From Lama guanicoe (Eukaryota), in contig MU053934.1 in the NCBI GenBank assembly GCA_013239625.1, positions 2,622,399 to 2,686,398 on the forward strand: DNA of 64,000 nt, given 5' to 3'. This document shows positions 38,115 to 50,243 of the stretch, piece by piece. Within the stretch, counting starts at the first letter, position 1, and the number at the start of each line of letters is the position of its first letter. Both the position numbers and the translations under genes were made by a program. The notes beneath the pieces are model-generated. The model made no database searches. It saw only the letters and a program-made list of their open reading frames with translations, and was not told the DNA's origin.

Positions 38115-41100
38115 ATGGCTAAATAGAACCAATGAATTTTGAACCATTTATAAAATCTCTTGCATTATCAGTCAGGTTACATACCTCCTCCTCCCCCACT
38201 GACCTGAAAGCGAACACTCATGGGAAGCTGTCCCCGAGGAGCTTTGTGACAGACGCTCTGGATGATGTGGAGAGAGGAAAGCATGGCCAGGATCTATTTA
38301 GAGGACGTTCACCCCCCAGCGCCTCCTTCTCAGCGTTTATTTTCTTTTCGATCACTTTCTTTTTTGATTATCCTTCTTTGTTATTGTCCCTTGTGTGTCG
38401 AAACTCTCTCACTCCCCTTTCTCTCCTTCCCTGTCTCCCTCTTCTCTCTTTTCTCTGTGTTGAGTCCATTATTTATTTTTTGGAATGTCAGGGGAAAAAA
38501 AAAGATGCTTCTGCCACCATTGCTTATGGTCTGTAATTTAAAAATAATCCTTTGATGATACGAAGGGCCGACCGTTTTTCAGTGCCTTCCCTGTAGTGGA
38601 CAGCGGTGGGCTTGTTCATTTACTAATGAAGGTGGGTTAACATGTTGCATCATCATAATTGCAGTGGCTACAGCAATGGGCAGAACAGACAAAAATCCCT
38701 ACCCTCATGGGGCTGACAGTCTAGTGGTGCAGACAGGCAACGAACAGCATAAGTAAATTTCTAAATTTCATAGTGTGCTAAAAGGTGGGAAGTACTATGT
38801 AAAAAAAGAAAGAAAAGAAAAACAAACCAAAAGGATGTATGAGGGGTATGGGGTAGGGTTGTTGACTGTAATTTCAAACCTGATGGTCACGAAAGAAGAT
38901 GACAGACACGCATTGGTTTAATCCCTAAGCCACCAGCCACCCTGTGAGAAGGCTGTTACACTTCCTTTTGTAGAAAGGGTAACTGAGGCTTGGAGAGGTT
39001 AAGTAAATTGCCCCAACTCACACAACTCATAAGGCTGCAGTGCTTGAAGCAAACCCAGGTCTGGGTGGCTGCAAAATTCTTTCAACTGGACCACACATCA
39101 CAAAGCTGCATCTGAAAACTTCCATGACTTCAGGGGACATAAATTTGCTATTTTCTGAAAAATGCTTGCAAACATAAACCTCACGGGTTATTTACACGGA
39201 GGACACTTTCAAAATGGAAGGACAAAACCAAGGAGGAGTATGGAAGGTCTGGCCTGAAGTTCAATGTTGCATTCCCTCGGCCTCATGGGACTGAGGGGAT
39301 TATGACAGAGTTGTCACCCTGCAAGGTGCGGGCGGCTGGAGGGAGTGGCAGTTTGGGGAGCCAAGTGGGTCAGAACTCAGGTGTCTGGGTATGCTTGGGC
39401 TGGGCGCTCAGTGGGGACATTCAGTGGGATCGCAGACAGAATAGAATCCGTGCTGGCTGTGAATATGAACACAAGACTGCAGAAGACCAGAGTCTGTACA
39501 TAGAGCCTTCTGGAAGTTGGCAGGGTAGAACAAGAGGCCTGGATTCAAGTTCTGGCTCTGCCACCTTCTGCCCATGTGGCCTTGGCATCACACCTGGTGC
39601 CCCAGTCTGCTTACCTGTCAAGGGAGGGGCAGGAGGGCAGTACAAATGGGCTGTGGCTTGCAGGGCTGGTTCCTCATTAAAGGAATCAGGTTTGTCTTAT
39701 AAGGTGAGAAGGGTTAGGAATGTGGGGCCTGGCTCTCTGGAAAACTGCTGATCAGAACCTAAGATCCTGGGCAAATTTCTCGAGGTCCTGGGAACTTGGT
39801 GGGGAAGTTTAGTGAACAATTCTGGGGAAGGTTTCAGGGAAGCTAAACAGGGATGGTCCATGATGCCTGCTCTCTGCCCAAAGTGTCTGTTCTGATGAGT
39901 GTTAAGATCAAACTAGACTTTGGCATACTGTAAAAGCTGAAGAGGGAAGAAAATCAATGGGTTATTTTTTTCCTTCCCTGTAGAGGCTGAGTGTACTGAT
40001 AATTTTTCTTTAGCTGATTAGGAGCTGGGCAACCCAATAACTGACTCCTTTTGAATTCTCTTATTTTGTAATACTGAATTCATGACTCATTATTATTCTT
40101 TTAAAAGAGAAGTTCCAGGAAGAACAAACAAATCATCCTGACTTCCTCATCCCTTTCTCTCCGTCTCTGGATTACTTGGTTGCCGCATGCCCTTATGATC
40201 TTTGAATTCATTTCAATAACTTTAAGAATTTCTGAATCATCCAATTGATTAATATTTTTTATGCACCTACTGTATGTAACGTACCTAAAGAGAGTCAAAT
40301 TATCTTGGAGATTATGGAGAGATACGTGCATGTTATGAAGGTCCATTAATAACTTCCAAACTCAGCTCATCCACGCTTAAAGGAAAGAGTGTCCGGGAAA
40401 GACAGTGGGCATTCCTAAAATAAAAGATATCTAATTTCCTTCTGCAGAACAAGAGAGCCATGGCTGAACCCAGCATGGTGCACTCGCCACCTTGCAGGTC
40501 AAGCAAAGGCTTTGCAATTGGGAACTTGGGAAAGATAGTTCAGGAAGATTGAGACGCTTCTGACTTAAAGAGAATAGGGTTGGAGAATGGATGGCAGAGC
40601 CACTGTGAGTAAGCAGCATGTGGAGGGGAAGAGAGGAGAAGCCAGGAAGGCAGAAGAGCTTAGGAATTCTGCAGAAGGACTTGAACAGTCTAGACAGAGA
40701 AAGATGACTGCTTTGCCTCACAGCGAGGAAAGGGGTGAGAGAGGGAGAGAGGAGGCTGCGTTTCTGCTATGGACCATGTTGTACTGCTGCTGGCTCCTCC
40801 CCTGCAGGGCTGGGAGTCCTCTGGGGGAGGCATGGAGCCCAGACAGTGGGCAGGAGAGGGCAGGAGAGAATAAACACAAAGAGTGAATTTTTTGCTGCCC
40901 CTGGAGACAATGATTCCTTTCGGTGACAACAGAGGTTAATATCCTGAGCAGCAAGCCAGTGCGTGGCCCAGAGACACCATGCTTGGAAAAGCCGTTTTAG
41001 TGTCCTGTTGAAGATTTTATTGAACTCTTCCCTGAAAGGGCCAATTCATCTTCGCATTTGGAGGCTCTTAAAGCAGCTTTCCTGAAAAGTTCAAGAACTT

Positions 41101-44100
41101 CTCCTATCGCTCTCCACCTCCCTGTATCCATGTGCAGACCATCTCCCACCCCCTCAAATCCCATTAAGGGCACTCATTTGCTAGGAGTTTCAAGTTCACA
41201 CACAGAGACACTACTGCTGTTTACTCTGCAGAGGGGGAAAAATGTTGTGGTTTCTTCCTGATTCCCCTCCCCTCCCTGCTGTGTCTCCCACTAACAGGTG
41301 GTCCTGTACCTGCTCATTCCTCAGCAGGTGAATTCATTCCAAAGGAAGCGGCCAGAGAGGCAAGGAAATATTTTCTGATTCTTAGTTTTTATCAAGAAGT
41401 GAATGAAAAAAATCATCTCAGGATACAAAAAGCCCTAATGCAACCCAGAGAGCCAAAGGGATCATAAGAAGACAGGGCTGTTTTTCACCTGGAGTCATTA
41501 GCAGCATCCTGGGGAGAAGATTTGAAATCTGTTCACAACTTTTTGGGTACGGGGAGGGAACACAAGAAACAGGTAGTGGGGGAACTTCTATGAAAGTCTA
41601 GTTTCTCGCAAAAAATTCGTAGTTTGGGGGATCCTGACAACTTGATTTCTGTAAAAGCCGACCCTATTCTGAATGCTCAAAAAAGCCAGCACACAAGCGC
41701 CCCACAAGAACCATCTACACCAACCTTTGGGAATTAGTGCACTTGCAGTCTTTGGAAATCAGGGCAAGTCTTTGAAAATGTGTGGCTTAAAACCTTCAAA
41801 CCACTTCCTAAGTGATGAAGGCCCAGTCTCCTAAAGGGGTCCCAGGCCTATAAAACCCCATACAGACAGAGGCTTTGGAAATTAAAGGTCAGATTGAACT
41901 GGGGCCCTGAGTACCCACCCTTCCTACCCGGGCCTTGGTTGCAAGTGGAAAAGGAATAGCAATTCTGAAGGGAAGCTGGCCCGGCCCCCTCACCCCCTCT
42001 GCTTTCCCATTGCCTGGAGGGCCCAATCCTGGGGAGAGGAGCCAAACCCAGGGCTCCTGTGCACATCACACAATTCTTGGGAAGTGCTGCAATTCCAATC
42101 CTTTTAGGGATGATTCAGGGAGCAAGAGTTGGGGTTGCGACTTGGAGAGAGAGGTGAATGGGGTGGGCAGCACATTTGGGAATGTAGATGCCAAGCAGAA
42201 TTTTAATGAACATACTTAAGACTTTTAATGCACAAGTGATCCAAAGCTACCTCTAGTCCTCTTGCCTTCCGGGAATTATAAAATGTTTAAAAGATCACAG
42301 TGTTAAGAATTTGCAAATAAAACCCTGATAAGAAAGTAATTTATACCAACTCACCAATTTCTGGGAATATTTCTCCTAAAACCATGTTCTGTCTTTCCTC
42401 TAATCTCTTGGCTGCCTATCTCCATCTGTCTAACTAAAATCCGAGGAAGGTAAATTGCTACTATGATCATTTCCCCAGAGCGATCCTCATTCACTTTGCT
42501 TTTCTTCTCTTTTGGAATAAAAGTCTGCCATCAATGTTTAATTAAATGGAAGTCTTTCCACTGTGAATGACAAGCTGCATGAAAGGCTCTTCATTTTTTA
42601 AAAGAGCGGTATGTTTAAAACAGTGCCTATTAATTTCCCGATATTGATTCTCTGGCTGGGGAAGAGCATATAGTATTCAGCATAGAGCTCCTCTGCAGAC
42701 TATGTTCAAGGCAGCAGTTTGGATTGAGAAAGGGCACCAAATGCAGTATGCGTCAAATAGACCATCGCTCAATGAAGTCACTTAGCTATTCAAAACATGT
42801 TCAGCCATCACTCAACCATTTGCACCAAGAATGTTGGGAGCGGGGGCACGGAATTGGTGCCCTTTCCCAGACGTAACCATTTCCCAAAGAGTGGCTTTTG
42901 CTCAGTTTGGGTTAGACCCTGGGGCCACATCAGTCCTCCTTCTCCCATCATCTTCCTTCTGTTTCCCTCTCTTCTCTTTCATCTCCTGGCTTCAACCCCC
43001 TGCATCACCATCCCATGTTGAGCTTAACAAACAATCCTGCAGTCCCCGCTCCCCGACGCTGCCTCAAACGGCCTCCGTATTGGTTCGTATCAGAAGCATA
43101 GAGCATAAGCATTTCTTTCCACACAGAAACATGTAAATCTGTGCGTCTTTCTATGGGTGGCTGTGGCTTGTACACACAGACATAGCCTCTCAAATGCAGT
43201 CCCTCATATTAAAGTCTGTTGCTAAATGCAGGTTGTATGACGTGCAGGAGTTGTTTTATTTTCTTCCCCTGTGCTTATTAATGTGTTTCAGAAGCACATG
43301 CTTTCATTTCGTACCCTGATCTCCCAGCCTTTACACCGTGGGGACCTCTTTGCCTACAGCACATGCACAGGCACACATGTCCCAATGATCCTGCAAGATC
43401 AAGGCAGACAGCTGACACCCTCGCCCCACTGCTCCCCCCTGTCCTCCCTCAGCCTCCCAAGCCCTCGCCTCCCTCCCGGTCTCCCTGCACAATGTCTGAT
43501 TCCCAAGCTGGCTGCAGTGCTGACTCTACTCGCTTCTGGATAACAGACATGTCACTCTGCGTGGAAGTGAATTGGTTCTCAGCCTAACCTGCCAGTGAAT
43601 TGCTGTTTATTAGAACTTGGGCTTGTTTCCTGTGAGAGACGTACGTATTTTTAGACTTTGTAAACGTTAAAACACACATACACAGACGCAGCCGGTCGCC
43701 TCGAATGAATGATATGTGTGGCTCATAGACATTACGAAATGCTCTTGAACTCAACTTGCGATCCTGGAATAATTAGGATTTACCAAATAAGGTTTCTTAG
43801 AAACAACAGATTTTTTTAAAAGGAAATTTGCAGATGATGCTGTGTCTGGGACTTCTGGGGAGTAAAGGGAGGAGGAGGGAAAAGGGAGAGCATTTTGGAA
43901 TTCTTCATTACGAAAAGAGAAGCAGAGTTGAGAGATGAAATTATTTTTTACCCCCTCATAGATGGCAATGCTACTTCAAAAGGCAAATCCTAATGATTCC
44001 AAAGCAGGTGGAGCACATTTGACTTTTAAAGACAATCTCTTGTTGTCTTGATCATATCAGAGATTATTCCAATGAAGAGGTTTGGGGGAAGGGGGGTGGT

Positions 44101-44295
44101 AGAGGCTTGAGAGTTGAGTATGGTTTTTGCTTATTGATTTTCTTTCTTCTGAAACTAACCCAACCAGCCTTGATCTGTGGTGGAAGGAGTGAAGTAAGAA
44201 AATGGTGGAATGTAAAGGGGACTTATTTGGAGGAGGGTGGGGAGGGGGAGTGAGAAGGGGAGGGGGGGTGGAGAAGGGGAGGAGATGGGAAATCA

Positions 44296-44517
<222 letters not shown>

Positions 44518-44795
44518 TCATTATATAAACACCCAACCGACTTCTGGTTCTCGGGAGAGTGTGTGTGAGGGTGCGAGTACTAAAGCAAAAAATAAAAATA
44601 AAAATAATTCCACTACTAATATAATGGCTATATGTGTGAATAGAGAATATGGAGAGATATAAAAAAAGGAGGTAAGAAAGCTCACGGAAAAGAGTGTAAA
44701 TTATAAAGATCACACGGGAAGAGAGGCTTGCCTTTTGAGATCAGAAACTGTTCCAGCTGCAGTGATTTTAAAAAAAAGGAAAAAATAAAAAGACA

Positions 44796-44816
44796 CCCCC
44801 CCCCCCCCCCCCCCCC
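44796..44816. repeat. C21 homopolymer (G21 on the CACNG2 sense strand)
   Basis: 21 consecutive C read directly. Confidence 0.95.
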
Positions 44817-45183
44817 ATTAATCTCTTTTCCTAAAATTCTGGTCTCCAGTTTCCATATGTGATAGCTAATTTGGAGATGGCTTCCACAGTGAACCAGGGA
44901 ACAGCCGCATTCTCAACACAATCTCTCATGGTCGGGACCTAGACAGTTAGAGATTGTAAAAGCCGAGATGCAACCTTCCGTCTTCGCTCTCGGCTCTGCG
45001 GCCTGCGCCATGAAAATCCTTTGCTCCGCCAGTTCTCTTCCTTGGGAGGTCTCTGGCGCTTTCGTTTCAGACCAGACTTCCCAGTATTCTGTAAGCCCTT
45101 GATGTCAGTTGAACAGGTGCGGGGGTCTCGCCTTCCATGGTTTTGCCCCGGCAGCGGCAGCGGCGGCAGCAGGGCGGGCAGGC

Positions 45184-45184
<1 letters not shown>

Positions 45185-45214
<30 letters not shown>
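45185..45214. repeat. (CGG)10 trinucleotide repeat inside an imperfect GGC/AGC tract (~45149-45235)
   Basis: Ten uninterrupted CGG units read directly. Confidence 0.95.
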
Positions 45215-45215
<1 letters not shown>

Positions 45216-45448
45216 AGGACGAGCAGCGGCGGCGGTTATTGTTGTTGGTGGCTGTGGTAGTGTTGGCGAAGTGGGGGAGGGAGGGGGTTTCTCCCGGAGA
45301 ATCGAGGCGGGTTTCCCTCCCCCTATCTGCAAAGCTCCTGGAAACAAGGGAGCCGGCGTCTTGCTGCAGGATGGGCCGCCCGCCTGCCCCCCCCACTCCC
45401 TGCCGGCTCGGCCCCCGGCGGAGGCGCTCCCACCTACTGCATTACCGG

Positions 45449-45471
45449 GTGGTGCTGAACTGGACAGCTCC
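45449..45471. promoter_or_regulatory. Candidate non-canonical RE1/NRSE (REST) site
   Basis: GTGGTGCTGAA is the reverse complement of the RE1 left half TTCAGCACCAC; 2 nt later comes the right half GGACAGCTCC. Confidence 0.5.
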
Positions 45472-48400
45472 CTGCGCCGCCCGCTTCGCGCGCTCCCCGG
45501 CTCCCGGGGCGGCCCGCCAGGAGGGGGGCGCGGGCCAGAGTCCTCCCTCCCTTCGGGGGCAGCAAGGCCAGGGCGGAGCACGGGCTGCCTTTCCTCTTTT
45601 TACCCCTCTCCCAAATCCTAAAATGAGCGCTCTTCTGGGCTCCCGGAGCTTAGAGGAAGGCGTAGCTAGAGATAGCTCCGCTCCCTCTCCCTCTCTCACA
45701 CTCGCTCCCCATCCCTCCCCCCTCGGTGTTTCTTCCAGCTCAGCCTCCTTCTCATTCCATCTCTACGTGCCCAGAGCTTCAAATACAACCCTCCCATCAC
45801 AATCAGACGGGCACAAAACTTCAACCAGCCGTTTCCTTGCCTGGAAGCCGTGAAAATATAACCTGGATGGGTAATTACAGATACGGTCTCTATGTGTCTT
45901 TTAAATCATTTTCACTTTGCTGTTTGGAGGATTTGTTTTATTCTGTTAGCTCTGTCTCCTTTTGGTCTTTCCTCTCTCATCTCTTTGTCTCTTTCTGGCT
46001 AACAAGGGGTGTGTAGTGCACTGTGTGTGTTTCTCTGTAGTTTTCCGTGAAATTCTGAATCTTCCTCCTACAAGCAGACATTTTGGAAAGATTATTCATG
46101 GAAAAGGGTGAAAAAGGGTGACTGGCTGGCAGTTGGAGCTCTGGCAATGATTTCATCTCAACGATAAACATGTTTGCCGGGGAAGTGGGTGAAACGTGAG
46201 TCCTTTTAAGTTTCCCATGTCATTCGTAAACTGGATTGGAAGAGATAAGAATCTCCCTGCTGTGAATACTGAGACACATCGCAACCTTCCCCTCTTCAGC
46301 AGAATCGTTATCCTGGGCTAATTAAAGCGTCATCTCTTGTTTCTATTCGTGCAAATTTTTGATAATGTGACCCCTGGAAAAAGAAGTCCATTAGTCTGAT
46401 TCCTTCTGCTACTGATTATATTTCTCTCTGATCAGTTCCATAGTTAGGTGGGGAGAGCACATAAGGCATGATGTAGGTGCACTGTTTTTAATTTTGGTGG
46501 GGAGGAGCCTAGAGAGAGGTGTGAGTCTGATGGGTCAATTGGGGGTTAGAGATGTTTCAATTTCATAGCTCAAATATTCTATAATTTCTTCTCTCTTCCA
46601 TTTTTGTCTGGAGATCATTTGCTTGACAATTTCTCAGTGATTTGGTGATTATCAAAGAGCATATGAAAGATGACTGAATTCAAAACAAACTTTCTTTGGT
46701 GTTGCTAACTTCTTTCCCTTAGCCCAGAGTTGGTCTGCAGATACAGCCAGTGCATTTTTCCTTTTTGATGTAGAAAAACTACCTATTTCTCCACTCTGTA
46801 TAAAACTTCCTTCTCTTACTCTGTATTCACTTCTCAGAATGGAAGGACTCCTATGAGGGGTAAATGCTGTGCTCCTGGCACCTGGGAGAGGGTCCTGGTG
46901 TCTGGAGAACAGGACTAAGGCTTCAGCAAACTCTGCTAAAGTACCTTCAGGGTATAGCAAGAGCTACATTTGCAGATTGAGGATTGCTCTGGTTTGGTTT
47001 CATGTCCTTTGAGGATACAGGTGGGAATTGGGATGGAAGAGGTACTGATCTGCTGATCTCATTCACCAAGGAAAATAGCAAGTTCAGCGAGTGGTTCAGG
47101 TGAGTGATTTTCTTGGCTTCCATCTTTGAGGAAAAAGTGAGGGGCCAGCAAGAAGGCCTCTTAGATGGGCTGGACCTTTTGCGGGCAGTGAAGAGAGGTT
47201 TGGGTGCAGCCACATGAGCCTGAGAAGCTTGCTCTCACTTCCTCCTGTCACCTTGGTTGCCTTTGACTTGTCCAAGAAGTCCCTTCAGACTAGAGATAGA
47301 GCCCTCCCTCTTATTCCTTTCCCCCATCCCTTTCTGACCAACCTCTGAATCTTTTGCTCAGTAACAGAGGCTCAGAAGCCTCTGTTTGTCCACAGAACCT
47401 GCTAACATCTTAGCCACGGACAGTGGCTGCAGCTTTAGCAGCATTTGATTAATCTTCTGGCCAGATAATCATTGAGAAAAGGAAAGGGGCTGATGGAGGG
47501 GATGTAACAGACTTAGGCAGATGGTGTGGAGAGAACAGACACTTCTGGAGACACAGCAGGCCTGGGGGCACAGCCTGCCTCTGTGCGATTTAAACAAGCC
47601 AGCTTCCCAGAGCCTCAGTTTCACCGTATGTAAAATGAGCACATTAGTTTTGCCTCTTCCTTTCTGAAGTTGTTCCCTGGTACTCCCTGCTTTTCAGCAG
47701 GACTGCCCCCTGCTCCAACTCTACCATCCCATCTGTAGCACTTTATTTCATGCATGTGTCGGCTTCACACTGACTTGTGAGCCCTTTGAGGTCAATAGCT
47801 GTGCCTTGTTCACCATTATGTCTTTGGGACCTAGTGCAGGGCTTGATACATAATAGATGCTTGATAAATAAGGGCTGAGTGATTATAGTGAGATTTAAGT
47901 GGTGTATCTGGTACATAGGAGGCACTCAATTAATGTGGCTTGCCTTGCATTTCTCCTCCCCCCATTTAAATCCAGATTGGTCTCCAAATTCTTCTTCCAT
48001 CTAACTTATGTACCACTCCCCTTCCCTCATCTTAACCTAGCTCTCTCCTGAGGTCTCCTCTGCAGACCAGGCTGGCTTGGTGCAAACCGCATTAGACGGT
48101 TTGGATCCACCAGGCACACATACTTAGCAATTGCTGAATGGATGCTCTTAGGGGAGCAGCTTTGTGCGCCTGTGGTTGGTGACTTGGTAAGGGCTTAGAG
48201 GAAATTAGCTGAAATGCCACAGGCCTATTTTGAGCTCCCTTTTTGATGGAGTGGAAATAACATGGGATTTGGGTGCAGCAGACCTGGCCTTAAAGCACAA
48301 GCCTGCCTTTTCCTCATTGTATGACCTTGGGCAGTCACTTCACCTCTCTAGAAATCTCCCTTTATCTGTCAAGGAGGACCACTGGCAGGTGCCTTGTGGT

Positions 48401-48874
48401 GTGGTTGTCTGTGTTATGTGTTAAAAGTAATGACAACAGGCAACCTCCCGCAACAATCCTGTGGAGGAAAGAACCATTCTACAGATGAGGAAACTGAGTC
48501 ACATAATGGTTTGAATAGCTGGTCTAAGATTGTGAATGATAGGGAGTGAGTGGAAGAGTTGAGTCTAGTCCAGCAGCTCATCAAAGAGACTATATCTTAA
48601 CCACTGTGCCTTGACTCAAGATATGACCTTTCTGAATGAGAGTATCACACCAAAGCTGTTTGCTTCTCATCCACAGATTTGGCAAGCATTTAGGGAGTAA
48701 CTTCTAGATGCAAGTTGTTTTCACACAGGTTTTCACACTTACCATTCTAACAATCCTGCATATTACTATCTTTTCCTAGAGGGGAACAGAGGTTTGGGGA
48801 GGCTATAAACCAAGTCCCAAGGTCATATATCAAGTTAAGTGAAACAGCAGAGATTTGAACATTTTGCTTCAAGT

Positions 48875-49057
48875 TTTATGAAATCCAAGTCTCACAGTTT
48901 AAATTCATTTGTTCATCCATTCTTTTAACAAATCAAGCACCTACTATGTGTCAGGTACACACAGTAGGTTTCCTGGGGATGTTGAGCAGGAGACATGTGG
49001 TCCCTTCTTCCAAGGACCTGAACACAAGCAGAAGGAGCAGACAGGTGAGGAATAACC
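48875..49057 (+). repeat. Direct repeat copy 1 (183 bp)
   Basis: Matches 50244-50426 at 182/183 positions. Confidence 0.95.
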
Positions 49058-49700
49058 ATGCTGAGCTGAGGAGAATGTTAGGTGAGGGATGCTGTGGGGC
49101 CACAGAGAAGGAGACTAAACCCAACCTAGGGGGTGAGGGACATCCTCTCGGAGGATAGGACATTTAAACTGAGATTAACTCAGAGTCAGCTAGGCTAAGA
49201 TGGGAGTGGGAGGACGGAGGAGAGCTGAGAAGAGAAGGGGCATTCCAGGCTGAGGGAACAGCACGTGCAAAAGTGCAGAAGTGTGCTTGCGTGGGAAAAG
49301 AGGATTGGCTGGTTTTAGGGAATACGTGCTAAGTATGTCTGATCTAAAGACAATGATGGGAAATGTTTTAGGCTAAGAGCCTGGAGGACAGAGGAAGGAG
49401 GCTGAAGCAGAAGAAGCCACCTGGAGGAGGCTGGTGGGATAAGAAGTGTGAGAACCAAACCCAGAGGCAGAGAGACCGTAAGGCAGCTATTACTGGACTC
49501 TAAGCGAGAGACAGTGGTGGCCTGGACCAGCATGTGGCGACGGGGATGGAAAGAAGTGGAGGAACTAGGGAATATTGCAGAGAAAATTGATAAATATTGG
49601 TGTTCATGACTGAGATGTGTTGCTCTGAAGAAAAGGCAGAGTGGAGCGTAGGGGCTGCATGAAACAGGGAAAATGGAGAATTCTGCTTTGGTCATGTGCA
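48905..49700 (-). mobile_element. L2 fragment (antisense)
   Basis: tcatttgttcatccattc...caagcacctactatgtgtcagg...gggcattccaggctgagggaacagcacgtgcaaa...gtggtggcctggaccag. Confidence 0.8.
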
Positions 49701-50243
49701 CAGTGTTGTTCCATGCTATTGCCTCCTCTCTGTTCTCTTTCTATCTCTCCTCAGCATGTCCACTAAGTAATTGGACATGAGAACCATCCATTCAGTGACA
49801 TTCTATCCCTACTTGAATTAAGCCTCATGAAGGCAGGTATCTGGGTCTGCTGTGTTCTTGCCGTATTTCCAACACTTAGAGTAGTGCCCAGCACACAGCA
49901 GGTGCTTGATAAAAACAAATTACTTTACTGATACCGAAATCCAAAGGCATGCCTGCTCTGGGTCTGGCAACGTGCTCAGGTGGTATGGAGGCAGAGAAGA
50001 TTGAAATACCATAATCAGGGAGATTAGTAAGAAGTCAGTTAATTCCAAGGCAGTACTACCTAGGCCCAGGAAGATCTGGGGTGTCTGGCATTCCCCTCGG
50101 TGTGCCCCCGAGCTCCAAGCTTCTCCTCTTGTGGCAAATCTCTCTGGATTTGGGATTTCTGTTTCATGGCTGACATATAGTAGGTCCACAGGACATATTT
50201 GATGAACGAATGAACAAAATGAAGACATACGCTTCATTTTCAA

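Larger units (their letters stand above)
44975..45730. promoter_or_regulatory. CpG island / GC-rich promoter of CACNG2
   Basis: Very high GC and CpG density against a CpG-depleted background; GC boxes GGGCGG at 45507-45512 and 45571-45576. Confidence 0.9.

Noticed and set aside
38578..38607. Long-spacer RE1-like motif TTCAGTGCC-N11-GGACAGCGG
   Set aside because: The left half has two mismatches in the CAGCACC core; too weak without ChIP data.
45021..45853. Long overlapping poly-Ala/Arg/Gly ORFs (up to 238 aa) on both strands
   Set aside because: Expected stop-codon scarcity in a CpG island with a CGG repeat; no recognisable domain.
47410..47428. RE1-like TTAGCCACGGACAGTGGC
   Set aside because: Only the right half matches; the left half is truncated.
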